Source: Asterias rubens (lineage: Eukaryota). Taken from it: a DNA stretch of 64,000 nt. The translations under genes and the position numbers were made by a program. The stretch spans positions 11,470,001 to 11,534,000 of the forward strand of contig NC_047080.1 of assembly GCF_902459465.1 (NCBI RefSeq), written 5' to 3'. Below are positions 35,101-50,100 of the stretch, one piece after another. The notes beneath the pieces are model-generated. The model had not been told where the DNA came from. It did no database searches and worked only from the letters and a program-made list of their open reading frames with translations. Numbering within the stretch: the stretch's first letter is position 1; each line of letters starts with the position of its first letter.

Positions 35101-38100
35101 GCAAACCTTTCCATATTGTATTTCCACCATGCAAAGTTTCAAATCCTACTTTACTTAACAACAATTATGGTGGTTTGGGTGGCTGGTGCGTAAAGCATTT
35201 ACCTCTCACCGCTGGGTTCAATTTCTGGCCAAGTCAACTGCGAGTAGAGAGTTGTTTCATCGGAAATTTATTGGGTTGATAATTTATAGGATTCGAACTA
35301 CCACAGGGCAAACTCGGTGGTCTAGTTGGTATTACACTGCTCTAGAATTGCAAGGGTCGTGGGTTCGAATCCCACCCGAGTAATATGCCTGGGTTTTTTT
35401 CCACAGAACTCGGGTAAGTAATGAGTATACAATGCTAACACACATCAGTGTATATGGGAAAAACCCAAATTAATATTCTTTATCCCCGGTGCAATTTTTA
35501 CATTTATTAAGTTGATAATTTAATATACCAGATTTCTAAAAAGTTTTTAAAATTAATTCCCGACTTACTGTGATTAAAAACGGCACTGTGGTGACAAGTT
35601 CCAAGAAAAAGTAGATGTTAAGAATTTGTTGCAAGATGTTCCCCTAGAACAAAAAACAGAAATAGAAGTGAGAAAATTACATGCCAGACATTGGGGGAAA
35701 AAACAACACTTAAGATACTAAATGCTAAAGCCAGGCACTTCCAGCTCAAACTAAAATAGGGGTTGTTTCTAATCAAATAGATGAGAATAACATATTTCAA
35801 GTATCACTTATTTAAAGCCTTTAAAGTGTTTCTCGTGTTCATAACATATTGAAATAATGAGTTATGTTTTGGTTGTCCTCAGTTATAAACCATTTCACTA
35901 TTTCTAAGAAGTCTTTGATTTTGGGCATGGGGCGTCATACAAGATGTCAAAATCAACAATGTTTGAAATGAATTCCAATGCATTAAACAGAAAAACAACA
36001 TTTTCTTGTTGTTCTTGTTCTTTATTCCCTGGATAAACAACAATTTATTAAGTAAGTTTGTGGTGACACCTTTGCGAGTAGTGGTGGCTCTTAAAAGAGC
36101 CGGTTTCTCCTCATTTATTTTTTCGTCTCTGCATTCTGGGAAAACCAATCCACCCAGGTCACTCAATGCAGTACCTGCAATACAGCTGAACCCGACGAAC
36201 ATAGGCATTCAACTTGCCAGCATAATTCAACCTCAGATAATTCCAAACTAATTCCTGTTGCAGGGTTTACAGCAAGGACCATCCATGAACGTAGTCAGTC
36301 AAAGACTACGTGTCTAATTTCATTTAAGATGGAAGCGGAGAAGTTCCCCCGTCAGCAACGCGTAAGACCTGAACCGCAGCACTCAGTGAAATTCAATCAT
36401 GACTGTACAGCGGATAGCGCAGGCTACCTCTAAAATCGCTCAGGCTTTCCTCATTTCCTGTTATATTTTGAAGAGGGGATTCTCAGTGTTTTGAGGCAGG
36501 AATATGTTGCAATCTTTGGACATACTTTCTTCAAGCCGGGCGGCATGATCAAACAGTAAGACTTGTATCATTGGAAACACTTTAGCTGAGAGGTATTCGA
36601 AATGAAGAAAAATGGAATCTCTTCAACCAAGAAGACTGTTTTTGAACAAAACAACAACTTAGGATATAGGTCCCAGTTTAGATTCACAACGAGAAATCTT
36701 ATTTAACTATTTTAATGGGGGGGGGGGGGGGGGAGGGGATAATGATATGATCTGTGCTCTATAATTTCTGACAATACACTAATATACCAAAACAGGTACT
36801 GCCCTTGACAAAATACAAAACTTGATTTATTTGCTCATGATATAGAAGAGATGAAGAGGTTTCAATGCACACCCAATATCGGCTTGTAAGGTTAAGAATT
36901 TCTCAACAAATACATGTAGAATGTTACAAACTAAATATCATAGATGCTGTTTTGGTTGTCTTCATATACACAGAGAAATGCTTGAATTTTGCTGGGGGCT
37001 TCACATAAACAGTTAAAATTGTTTTTGGTTTTCTGCTTGTGCATATTTTTTTTTAAACTATTATAAATCGGAAATTGAAAGCTTACAAACATTATTAGGA
37101 ATTGGCCATTAAGCAACATAAGATGAAGCCATACGTTTTGGTAAAATAAAAACGAGAACCCATAAGGGACATTAGAGTAGAGTGCCCTCATAAGCACGCA
37201 GATGTACCCAAACCATCTTCTGTAAAAGCTGTTATTGACATCTCCATCACAGTGCGATGGCGACGGCAGGGAGGGGGGGGGGGATGAGACTAAATGCAAT
37301 AAATCTGACACTTCTTATCGGGATGCCCTCAGCAGGTGCATCCTTGGCTCCATACTGCATGACCACATCTTAACCTTCTCCTTATTATTGATTGGATGTG
37401 ACCCAATGCTGAGGCGTTCATTATACTTGTACATCCATAGATAAATGAACTGTCCCTGACTTCAAACCCATGCTTAGAATTGGTAGTGCAATTAAAACGT
37501 TCCTTTAGCTTAAGTAGAATTCCCAGCCGATTTGTCTACGTTCTGCCAAGCTCGTAGTTAAAAAGCAGGATAGTTCTTTTCAGAACTGAGAAGTCTCCTG
37601 AAAAAATCTGAAAAATCTACTCCGCGGTAGTAGCATTTAATTGCAAGACAGTTCTCTAAAAAAAAAAAAAAAAAAAACTATACCTGGCAAGTTGATACAC
37701 ACATGGTGTTTACCACAAACCAAATGTATAAACCTTACATTTGTTATCAAAATTAAATTCTATGGTGCACAGTGAACGATTTCCCTTGTGCAGAGCAAAA
37801 CACTACGCAAAATGTATAGTTGCTCCTCAAATAGCATTTGCTTCTCAATATCGGCATTCACTGTGCACAAAATCTGTTCAGTCGAAATATTTTGCTTTGC
37901 AAAATTGATGGATGAAATCGCTCCCTGGTGCACATAAATAGAGGAGAAAAGTCTTCGATGCACATTGAGAAAAAAAATGTAACGGCTAACAAGGTGCTGT
38001 ACAAATGGGTCTCATAACTCAAACATAGCTCAGCATTCTAAAAAATAACAGCGCCTTGATGCCCCTCAGGGCATCCAAGGCCCCATAAGACTGGCATAAT

Positions 38101-41100
38101 CATTCTTATTATTAACATTTAGATTGAGATGGTAAATCACAGCAGGAAGAGGTGAATGACATGAAAGATAAACTCAACTAATGATAAGGTCTTTTGCCTA
38201 ATAGTTTAAAGGCAGTGGACACTATTGGTTAACACTAATATTTACTAGCATAAAACCTTTCTTGGTGACGAGTAATGGGGTGAGGTTGATGGTATAAAAC
38301 ATTGTGAGAAACGGCTCCCTCTGAAGCAATGTAGTTTTCGAGAAAGAAGTAATTTTCCACGAATTTGGCTCCCTCTGAAGCAATGTAGTTTTCGAGAAAG
38401 AAGTAATTTTCCACGAATTTGATTTCAAGACCTCAGCTTTAGAACTTGAGGTCTCGAAATCAACCATCTAAACGCACACAAGTTCGTGTGACAAGGGTGT
38501 TTTTTTCTTTCATTATTATCTCGCAAGTTCGATGACCGATTGAGCTCAAATTTTCACAGGTTTGTTATTTTATGCATATGTTGAGATACACCAACTGTGA
38601 AGGTTAGTCTTTGACAATTACCAATAGTGTCCACTGCCTTTAAGGAGATGGTTTAGATTGATTTTAGGACGAGTCGAGTTTCGATCTTTCCGACTGCCTA
38701 GCTTTGATTTAAACCCATGAGATTCCAAGATGCTTGGCTTGAAATTCCCATTGGACCACTGGCCAGAGGTAAATCATTTGTAGCATTTAGCCAGTTGTCT
38801 TATAACCAAACAAAACCTAGTGGTTTTAAATCATGCCGTAATAAGCCAGCATGCAGTGAACGTACAGGTACAGGCCTAGCTTAGCATTTCCCTGAAAAAC
38901 TCATGATAATTGGTTCATGATAATTGGTTCTTGGAAAAAAGTGGGAGTTTTCATTTTGAGTACAAGGGCTTGCATACATAAATATGTATATTACATGTTC
39001 AAGTAAATATGGAAAAGCCTTTAATAGAATGCTACTCGCATAACATTTTTCCAGATACTTCTGAGAGAAACAAAAATATAAAAAAATACTGGAAATCAGA
39101 CGACTAAAAAGAATATCATGTCTGTAAGTAGTAGTTTAGCAGCTATGAAAAGAAAAAGAAATATTGAGAGTCTTGGTAAACTATTTCTAGTTTAGTGGAT
39201 GTTTTGAGCTGCAAAGTCTGTGATCAAGTGGAAGTTTCTTGGAAATTCGAGCACTGGCAATCTTTTAAAATTATGTCTTGAGAAAAGAAGTTGGATGTCC
39301 AGTGAAATTTTGTCACTACAAGAACCGTGACCAAGTGGAGATGTTCTCTCATTTGGAGTCCCTCGATTAAAATTTGTTCCCTTATTTGCATCAAACTATT
39401 CAAAAGGCCAAAAGAAAACATGGTTTGCCTAACATGAGGTCTTCTTATTTATTTTAACACGGTATTTGATAAAGGGCAAACCACTTGCGATCAATATTCT
39501 TAAAGATAAATTTTCCATAGAAGGTGAGAATAAAAAAGGAACTCAGCGTAATAAACTATTCATGAACACAATCAGCATTTGACAAGCTTTAGCAAGCAAA
39601 CCTTCGGTTGTATATTTTGTTGTCCTTGCCACATCCAGGAATTTCTACATAATGCGTAATTTCTAGAGGATTAAATTTCAAGCTTTCATTAAGGCTTGGG
39701 ATTAGTTACAATGGATCGTTTTTCGCATGATGCTTCATATCCGAGACTTTGCGTCGCTTTGCATTGTGTTTCTCAAGGTTTCAAATTTTTCTTTAAAAAA
39801 AAAGCAACAACAACCGGTGATATTAAGCCACAAGGGAAGGAAGTATTCATGCGTCTTCATGCAAACATTTGAAAATTAAATGCCAAGCTCCATAAAGTTG
39901 TATTGTGTTTTTTCTTAGTATTTATCTGCGCAAAAAATAAATAATGAGTAAGCCGTCCAAAACAATTAATCAAATACAAACAAAAGGTTCTAACTACGGA
40001 AATTCCTCCAAGACTGAGTAAAAATGCAATGCCTGATTTTGTAAAAAAAATTATGGTAAAAACAAATATTGCAGATATGTGTCTATGTGTTATCAAGGAA
40101 GTTATAAACTTTAATTTGAGACGATGTACAACAAAAACCAGAACCTGGGCCCAATTTCATAGAGCTGCTTAAGCAAAAAAATCCTTGCTTAGTAAAATCA
40201 GATTATCAGCCAAGACTCCACTCAATTGTTATGCTAAGTAAACAACAGCTAAATACCGGTCAAAAGCAATGTATATGGCATGAAATTTTGGCCAGTAACA
40301 TGTGTAAAAAGCGAGCTATTTTCGTGCTTAAGCAAATTTTATGCTTAAGTAGCTCTATGAAATTGGCCCCGGTTGTTTATTAAAAGGAGCAATGAGTTTG
40401 TTGGCTGCACATAAGTTTGCATGTTGAAGGTATTTTGTGAAATGTGAACAGCAAACCCCCAAAAGTTGTTGCTTTTTGCACATTATGTAGAAATTATGTA
40501 GAAATTCCTTCTTGTGCCATTTACAACAACTAAAAACCCAAAGCTTGGGATATGCTGATTGGACTCTGTACAGGAGCATCTTGTTAAAACTCGTTTGGGA
40601 AAAAAGAGCATATTTTCATCTCCAGATGCAAAATTAGGCCACACAATTGTTAATGCCTGCTCTTTTAATTTGCCCCTCTTTACAGCTTAGTTCTGATGAT
40701 CGCATTTGCAAAACATTAAAGAAATTAATATAAAAAAAACTATAAAAAAAACCCAGCAGAACACAGTATACAGCTTGCAATTACAGTCCCTATAGCAACA
40801 TTATAGAAATATTAGATGCAGTGGATAAGTAGATTGTTAAGACTTAAAATGTCCGCTCTTTTAATTTAATGGGGGGAAAAAAACCAGTTTGAAAACCACT
40901 GGTGAAGCATGTTACCACTGATGTAACAATGTTATTTGTATGTCAGTTAACAATCGCTGTACCAATTATGAACAAAAAAAGTGAATGAGTTTACCCAATT
41001 CAAGATCTGCAAAAAGTAACTCAATATACAATATGATTTGAGGAATTGCATGACAATATATATTTGTATCTACTTGCCAGGTAGAAACTATTAAGAAAAG

Positions 41101-44100
41101 GGAAAAAAAACTCTCAAGAACAAACTATACCTGGCAAGTAGATACACACATGGTGTTACCGCAAACCAAACATAATGAATTAATAGTTATAATAAGAGTA
41201 TAAATATACATATGAATAGAAAAGTTGCGGATACAACCATGAGTAAAATCTCTTTTTTTATAATGTTGTTCATTTGATGGCTGTGCACTTTAAGTTTGGT
41301 TCTCACCTTGTACTGCAGGAAAAGGAGCAGCAGTGCCTGAATCAAAGAGATGACTGCTATAGTGAGTTGTATAACCCACAGAATAGGGCTTCTCTCTACC
41401 CAAAGCAAAGCTTCCCTGCAAATGCAAAAAACACACACAAAAATTGCTAATATTATTCGTCAGCATCATTCATTTCTGCACCGTCCCTGACTGGTGAGAA
41501 GCTTCCAAATAGACCAATGCTTAAACCAAGCATGACCTAATTGAGCAACCCCGAAACAACAAAGACTGTTAAGCAGAACAAAAGAAACAGACAAGAGAGC
41601 AGGGGTGGATTTCAAGGCAAGTTACTCGTCCTAACTTAAGACAAGCCTTAAGTTTTTACTATCATCTAGGACTAGTCCTAAGTTAGGACTCGTTTTAACT
41701 CTTTGTGAAATCGACCCCTGGATTTGACCAACATGATTAACCAATGTGATAAACTTTACTGGCTTCTGAATGCACAGTATTCCTCAGACAACTATGCACT
41801 TTATTACTGTCAAACAATAATAGATTCTGAGAGGGCAAAATAATACTTTTGGTCCTCTCAGCTATGGGGTTGAGTACAGAATGTGTTCCTTCATATGACA
41901 AATAATGACAGATACAATTTCCCTGTACCATGATGTGGCTGAATGGTTAAGAGCACTGGACTCAAGCTCTGGTGTTTCTGATCAGCAGAGTGTGAGTTTG
42001 AGTCCAGGTCAGGGCAGTGTTGTCCTTCAAAAAGATACTTTACCATATGACTTGCGTTGTCCTTTGATGATCGGAAGTGCACGTTAAAGAACACAGAACA
42101 ATGATTGCGGAAGGGTAGGTGTCAAACCCCGTGTTTCTGATCACAAAGCAAGTACCCTTGTGTACAGGTTTCTTCACGCTTGCCAGCTACTTAAATTCAC
42201 TTGTGAGCTTCCTTGGGTTTTTTTTTACGAAAATTATCTGAAATCAGCTATTGTTGTTTATTGACCTTTTATCGATTGCGATACGTGGGTTAATAAGAGA
42301 AAGAACCTGCGTGTCAGTACTCATTTGCTAACACAATGCAAAGGCATCAAATCACATTACTTGCCATCCAATGAAGCAAGGGACCATGTTTGAGCAATTT
42401 GTTTGCCGAGTGAGGTTGTGGGGGGGGGGTGTGTGGGGTTGAATAAGTGTATTGTTGACTTAAGATGATGACGTTTGACCAAGCACAACCCTCATCATGT
42501 CTCTGCTTTCAAGCATACCGTCTTGATGTGAGAGTATTCACATTCAAATCAAGTTCTTACGGTTTTCAAAATTTGCTTGTGAAAGGCTTTATGACTTTTA
42601 AGAAAAATGTTGGTCTCTAAGAAAATTGCTGATCAGAAACACCAGAGCGAGTCCAGTATTTATCTTGAATGCAGTCCCATTTCTTGATTAACCTTTTTAA
42701 TGACAGGCAGAGAGGTTACTTACCATCTGATCGACGGCTCAGCGTTTTCTTTAGTACAGCTAGGAGGAAAAACCAAAATCGGTATCAGTAAATATATATT
42801 TAAAGTTATAATAAAAGACAGCACCAGTTTAGACAGCACCGGCTTTAGATCAGACAATTAAGACACCCCTGGGCTCAATTTTTCGTAGAGCTCTGCTTAG
42901 GCAGAAAATCTTGTTTTAAAATTTTCTGCTAAGCAGTAACAAGCAGAAATGAGCACTGAGCAGGATCGATACCAGTCACAAACTGTACTTGTAACCTGGC
43001 TGGTAACCTTTGTAAGCATAATTTTGTTATGCTTAGCTACTTTTTGTGCTTAGCAGCTCTATGTAATTTGGCCCTGGATCTACCCATGTACATTGGACAG
43101 ACACTTTTACTTACCACTGTTTAGGCATAGGGGTTGCTGCCATTGTCGTGACACCAGTCCCTGAGCTGTAACTACCAGAACTACAACAACAAAAACAAAT
43201 ATTTTCAAAAATTTGTTTTTACATTGCTCCCCAAAACAGATGGTTTTTATAATATAACATTAACAAATTATTGTTAATGAGGGAGCCGTTCTGGTTGAGG
43301 AAACAAACCTCTAATGATGATTGTCTTTGAAAGAGGAAACTATAAAAAGAACAAGAGACTTTCTCTCCATTTATTTACTAAGAACGATGATTGTATTCTA
43401 TGGGATGGCACAGTCTAGTTCCTGCACTCTCGACTGCATTACAATCCAAGCAGTGAAATCACTATGGAGACCTGCCTCTTGGTATTAATGACTTTTGTAA
43501 AAAAGGTGCTGCTTAAAGTTACATAGTCTTCGTTTGTTTCTGTTTATCATCTTTAAGAAAAACTAATTTTATTTCACTACAATGCAAACCTCTTACAATG
43601 CAAACTAATATTGCGTTGCATTTGTCAAGAAACAGTTTTTTAATCAAGGTAAAATAATTATGCCTTCAGGTCATCCCCTGTGCCATGCAAGAGAAGAATT
43701 CATGTAAAAATGATGATCAAATTCCTCTACCCGACAAAGTATTCTTGAAATATCTCATTATGACTTTTTCTACTTTTGTATTCCTGAAAAAAAAAAAAGA
43801 CAATGTTAGGAACAGAGGTGTTTATAAACGAATGATGTGCAATTCCGTTAATGCATTTTGCCGCTTGATGATAGAGTCAAGGTTATGAAATTGCATTAGG
43901 TCAGCATGGGTGATTACAATGGACATGATGAAGAGAACAGACAAGGGCATGCAATCCTCTGTAGTTCCAGGGTTATTATGCAAAACAGTCGAGTAGAACG
44001 TCGGTCTATTTCATCAGGAAACAGGTTAAAACAAGCTTCTTGAGATTGTTCTCAAGGATTGGTTGAGGCAGAAGGATGATGCCTCTATTTGAAAGAGGTA

Positions 44101-47100
44101 CATGATTAAAATCCGAGACAAAACATGGTTTTATAAAATATAAAAAAATCAAATATCATTGCCAAAAGATGATGTAGGAAATAAACTCATCAAGATAGCA
44201 TTTTCTAAGTTTCTAGTAGAAAATTGTTAGGACAATTGTCTGCTTAAGCAGCCCTTTAAAATTGGGCTCATATCTACAAAATAAACAAGAAAGATTTGTT
44301 ATCAAACAAATTCCATATAGAGCAAATCTAAAATAATTTAGGAAATCACCGAGAAATAGCTATGCAATTTATCAAGATTTATCATGGCTTGAATTTTTGT
44401 TAACTCCTCAAGACCACAGGCCTTGTAGTTGACAATATTTACTGGACCAGGAATTGATTTTACAAGACCATAACCCAACTTTAAAAAAAAAAAAATTCTA
44501 CAAAGTTAGTAACATATAAACTGCTTTATTTGACCCAATACTAAGGGATAATTTATCTTAGTCTTATAGGTAAGTGCACTTTGGTACTCGACAGAATCAA
44601 ACGATTTTTAACAGACTCAAAGTCAACACTTGAACATCAGGGGAGGTTAATATTATTCAATAAAAGAGCACACGACAGTCCAACTTGTTCGATATTGAGT
44701 TTATTGGCCCAAAGGTAAAATCACTGGGCTTGGGTCTGCAGTCTCGCGTAACATTCAAGCGCTGGATAGTATGATTGAATATAACCTCAACCATGCACAT
44801 CTTCTCATTTGTTGAAAGTGTTTACACTGAAATATTATTCTTAGGGCTTTCCAGGGATATTCCCCCTCCATCATTCTATTCATTGAAATGGAATTAGTTT
44901 TAGATTATGATATGAAAGCCTCGAAGAAATCAGGGACAGGTTTGCCATTGTGTTCTTAAGATCAGAGCCACTATCTCCCTCGGCCTGACGGTAAAATCGT
45001 TTCAGACTCTACTAAGATTGAAAGCTTGTTATTGGCTCGGCTTGGCAAGATCGTGTTACGCACTACTCGGTTTAATACGCTACATGATCAGGAACTCGAG
45101 TAAAGTGGAACTTGGGAACATAATCTGAAGAGTTCACATCATTGTCAAGTTGTTCTCATTTCTTATACATGTAGCTGATTATAGTTTATCTCCAGGACCT
45201 AGTTCACAAATATATTCCTTATAGAAAATTTACGTTCCAAACTGTAGAGTTGATCCTGTTTAAATTTAAAACGAGTACAGTAACTATTTGGAATGAATCA
45301 ACCTTTGTAACTGCTTTTGCCGACTCATAGAGCATCTTGGATTATTTCCACAGAACTTGGCAAAGCAACGAGTAAACATGTACAGTGTTCATCACAGATT
45401 GGTGCAATAATCAGTTGATCTCCGGACAAATTCCGTCTAGAAATTGACACGACTTATCAAAGTCACTTCTTGTCACTTCCAACCCTCTTACAAAATCGCA
45501 TGGTCATTCACATTAGCTGCAGCTGAACTGTGGAACGGCATATAATACCTGAGTCTGTTAAGAAAGCAGTCACAGTTGAGCAATTCAAAAATTGCCTTTA
45601 AACTCAACTATTCACCGTTTATCAGTAATTGTTCTTATGCTTGGTATTTATTTGTTTCTTGTTGTTTTCTTTTTACCGTATAACAGGATAGGGACTTGAT
45701 AGTGACATGCGCTATACAAATGCGGTTTATTAACGTTACTAGTATTAACTATTATTCTAATGTCGAATACATATGTTTTCAGATAATTCACATTTGAGTA
45801 TTGGATGTCCAAAACATGAATTACTCTGTTGCTAATACTTATAATTATTACATACGTCTCCTTGTTCATGTAGAATTTACGCTAAAGGTGTTAAAAGAAA
45901 TGTTGACAACACACATTACTGGCGGGGAAAAAAGTGAACCTATCTTGTCCCGGTTATCCAGGGGCTTTCAATCCCTTGGACAGTTGGCTATACTGCGTAA
46001 AAAAATGAACTAAAAAAAAAAAAAACGCTCCAGAGGTCACCTTCCAATGGTCCACTTGTTGGAGTCAATATTTGTATAATATGCCTCTATGAATTATGTG
46101 TACATAATGCAAACCTGTGATTTTTTTAGCCTGGAGGTACTTGGTGCTAGATAACACACACGCCGGCTTGTGCCAATATTATGAAAGTTGTGCAGTGCTG
46201 AATTCAACATTGATTTTTCATAATGCATTGTAATTTATGGTTGTCAGAACTAATCTTGTGATTTAATGTGCATGTTCAAACGGAAAGGGATATTCGAGCA
46301 CGACCGTTGCTGAAAACCTGAGAGCGCTGCAGCATCCTCAACTGTTTCAAGAGGCCTAAATGCAACAAGGATAAGCAGCTGAATTAACCCCTTTATTGTC
46401 TATAGCGGCCAACAGCAGCTTGTACACAAATGTCGCAAATGGCTGCAAGGTTTGATCTACTTCCATTCACATAAAGAGATCTAAAAGGTCATATCCAGAT
46501 ATGACATTTTTAAAATGAAGTATTTTAACATTGTAAGAAAATTTCCAAACACAAAACTAAATTGTTTGTTTCATGTAACTTCTGTTGACATTTATTACTG
46601 TCAAAATAAAAAAAATTGATTAAAATAAATGAACAGTTTAGCAATGTCTGTGCTTTTTGTGATAATGAGACAGAAGGGAATGGTCTCTTGAGGTTAAATC
46701 ACTTCTCAGTAAAACACTGACACAAATTCTTCTCTAAATGAGTCACCAAAATCATCTTATGAAACATACTTTCCAAACTGAATATCAATTTATTTCTTTG
46801 AAGATCGCTTAAGCCCAACCATGCCTTTAAACCTCCATGGATATAATATGCAGAGTGCCTAGTTGTCAATAGTCCTATTTATAAAAAGCTGCATAGTAAG
46901 TGGTTGTCAACACTAGAGGCACGTTGTTAGGCAGGTGAACAAAATTGAAGATGTAAATGAGATTCTTGCGGGGGGAATTTATTATTTTCGAATAAGAATG
47001 AAGAAAATCTCCTGGGGTGAAAATCACCATTTAGATGTACCTGTTATTGGGACTGCAAAAGGGGAAATGGAGAGAATGAAATTTGTGTGCAAATCTTTTA

Positions 47101-50100
47101 AATTTGTATGGGTCTATTATCTATCAATCCTTCAATTTTGCCCAACTGCATGTCCGAGTGAGATTTTGATATTGTGCAACAAAAATAAATAATAATTTTC
47201 CAAAAGCGTTTCAGAATTATTCTTTTTCTGTGATAATCTAGAGAAATGCTGAACAGGGTGAAATGAACATCTCAAATTGAAATAAATTTGTTTTAACCTT
47301 TCATGGCTGTTGAATATGATAAATTCAAAAGATAAATAAATGAAACAAAGCGAGCGGGAAACACTGCATTGATCAACAGCTGGAAACAAGCTGTGACATT
47401 CATCATAAAAAGGCTGATAATTGAAACTTCATTTCAATATCAATGCATAATTCATTTTTTTCAATCAGCCAAAACGGCCTTCACCCCAAGTCTATATTTA
47501 TTTTTCCCCATAAATAATGAGACTGAAATAAGATCAGGATTAACATACGGATATAAAGAAAGCTTGGTGAAGAAAACAAGAAGAACCTTTTAGGGATATG
47601 TTTCGACTGATAATTGTCAAAGTGAAAATTATATCGGTTCTTGCTCACGTGCTCAAATTTAGTTTGATGTTTCATCCCAACTCTTCAATATTTCATTGAA
47701 TTGTGAATGTAATATACTATAAATGTAACATGAGTCTGCATCTACCTGTACAAGTTGACATCAGCCCCATATACATGGTGCTAACATAAATCATTTATGA
47801 ATCTATGTAATAGTCAGAACTCGGCCATCTGCGATAAAATGCAACAGGACACTGTGGCTCAGGCCGTACAAATATCATCAACATATCATTTTTTTTTTTT
47901 TTTTTTTTACACAGCGCAGCCTGCGCGCAGTTTCCTCGGCTAGTATGACAAAAGAGGGGAACAATAGCAAGTAATAAAAGCTAAGGTTGTGTGTACCACC
48001 ATACACGCAACTAAAAATATAAACATTTGAAATGAAAAAGCAAAAGAGAGAAATGGCAGCCAGGCTCACAAAACTGTGTTGTGTTTTCTAGTTTTCTATG
48101 ACTCTAGTCGATTTAAAAAAAATTGAATTTAGTCATAATTTGCGATGAGAATAACCAACAAACAATGTTTGAGGAATGCCCTTTTCAATAATTATTTAAA
48201 AAGAAAAAAAAGAGTTGAGTGAGGTATTTTTTTCATACAGACTCACCTGATTGGATCCTCTGCTCCTGAAAGGTCATTGTTGTCTAAAGAAACGCGAATG
48301 ACGTATAGAACACAGGATAAGAACTTGATCAAAAGATTGAAGAGCCGAATACGGACACCTGGTGTTTAGGAGACAAAAGGGAAACAATTGTTAAACCATT
48401 GTTAATGATAAAAAACAATACAGAGGCACTAGGTACAATCAAGTTGCATGGACCATTGGACAACAAGCCTACCAAGTTGCATGGACCATTGGACAACAAG
48501 CCTACCAAGTTGCATGGACCATTGGACAACAAGCCTACCAAGTTGCATGGACCATTGGACAACAAGCCTACCAAGTTGCATGGACCATTGGACAACAAGC
48601 CTACCAAGTTGCATGGACCATTGGACAACAAGCCTACCAAGTTGCATGGACCATTGGACAACAAGCCTACCAAGTTGCATGGACCATTGGACAACAAGCC
48701 TACCAAGTTGCATGGACCATTGGACAACAAGCCTACCAAGTTGCATGGACCATTGGACAACAAGCCTACCAAGTTGCATGGACCATTGGACAACAACTAA
48801 TAGTACATTGTATTACCCCCACTTCCCCAAGCTACCCACCCTCCATCCCCAAGGTGTAATTGCTTCAGGAATTTCAGGGAAATCTATTAGGCATATAAAA
48901 TGCATTTCCATCTCGGATTGGACCAAACGGTCCCATGACACTTCTTAGTCAATTAGCTGAATCCTTTCCTCACCAAAATGGCAATAAAAATAGTTCTTTC
49001 CCGTACTTTCAGTCTGTTATCATTTATTGGACAATTGGTGTCCTGGCCATCTCAAAGAGTTGCCCAGAAATAAATCTGTCAGACAACTAGTACTTAATTT
49101 GATTTTGGAGATGAAGAGAGGCAACATGTATAGCTCATTCAACCTGCTTTCTGGTTGCCGAGCTCAAAGGAAATCTACCAGAAGTGTGAACGTGTTTATA
49201 CGCAAGATGATGCTGGAGATAACTAGTCTATCTTTCAAACCCAAAGGGAGCCTCTTTTGGGATTTCAAGTCTTACTGAAAATATTTGAGTTTATTCAATA
49301 CTAAGAGTGTTTGCCTGTTTAAATAAAGTCTGAAATTGGTGATTTCCTCTACTCATACAAACAAACAAGATTTAATCAGGAACAAAACAGCATTTGTGCA
49401 TTATTTAAACAATTGACACATATGATTTTGGCCAGAGTAAATTGCATGCAGTGCTAATTCGAAAATAAATTAAATTTTAATGGGTTCATCAGACCAAGGA
49501 AACACTGACTGCCTTTGATCACTTTAAATTCTACGCATTCTATAAAATGATGGGGTTAGTCAGGCTAGGTCTAGTAAAATAGGCACGTCTCAAGTGCATA
49601 AATACAGACTTCGCTAGGGAATTCATGCACTTACATAAACTGACTCGTAAGTCTGTTCGCTAAAGATTCATTGTGTAAGTCAAACAATATGAGCCAAGGG
49701 AACAGTGGCTTAAAAGCATCGTTGTCTCTAAAATGGTTTTCATTGTTAGAACTTTATGAAAGACTTTCTGAGAAATTCATTTTCTATTTTTAAACAGGTC
49801 TTGAAATTGGTTTTGAAATTGGTATAATAATAGGATTTTAAGACATGGCTTTAAATATTTCTTACTGAACCTCTGAAATATGCATATATATAGAAGAGAG
49901 TTGAGTTTTCAGATAGTTCAAGCTTAGATTTGTTCATTTATGGTAGAGCTATGGCACGTTATTCCGGAGGTCACAAACCCCCCCAAAAATCAAGAAATAT
50001 CCAAACCACAGCATGAGTTTGGATTCAACATTGATGGAATGTTACCACCCACTTTATCTCCTCTCCCCTGCACTTCATAAGCATCTACAAGATGCATCCC

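Noticed and set aside
42455-42500. Third hammerhead-like string on the minus strand (TGATGA...GGTC-AAACGTC)
   Set aside because: Stem II does not pair convincingly and the core is too degraded to call.
42818-42842. REST/RE1-like CAGCACC...GACAGCACC (and a half-site near 59697)
   Set aside because: Spacing and right half deviate from both canonical and known non-canonical RE1 forms.
48440-48796. Array of TGCATG (Rbfox) motifs next to an exon
   Set aside because: TGCATG is on the plus strand; the Slo2 pre-mRNA reads CATGCA.
48329-48948. Four long repetitive ORFs (116-166 aa) on both strands; possible CRISPR-like array
   Set aside because: They are by-products of a stop-poor 33-bp VNTR; units are identical with no unique spacers and the context is eukaryotic.
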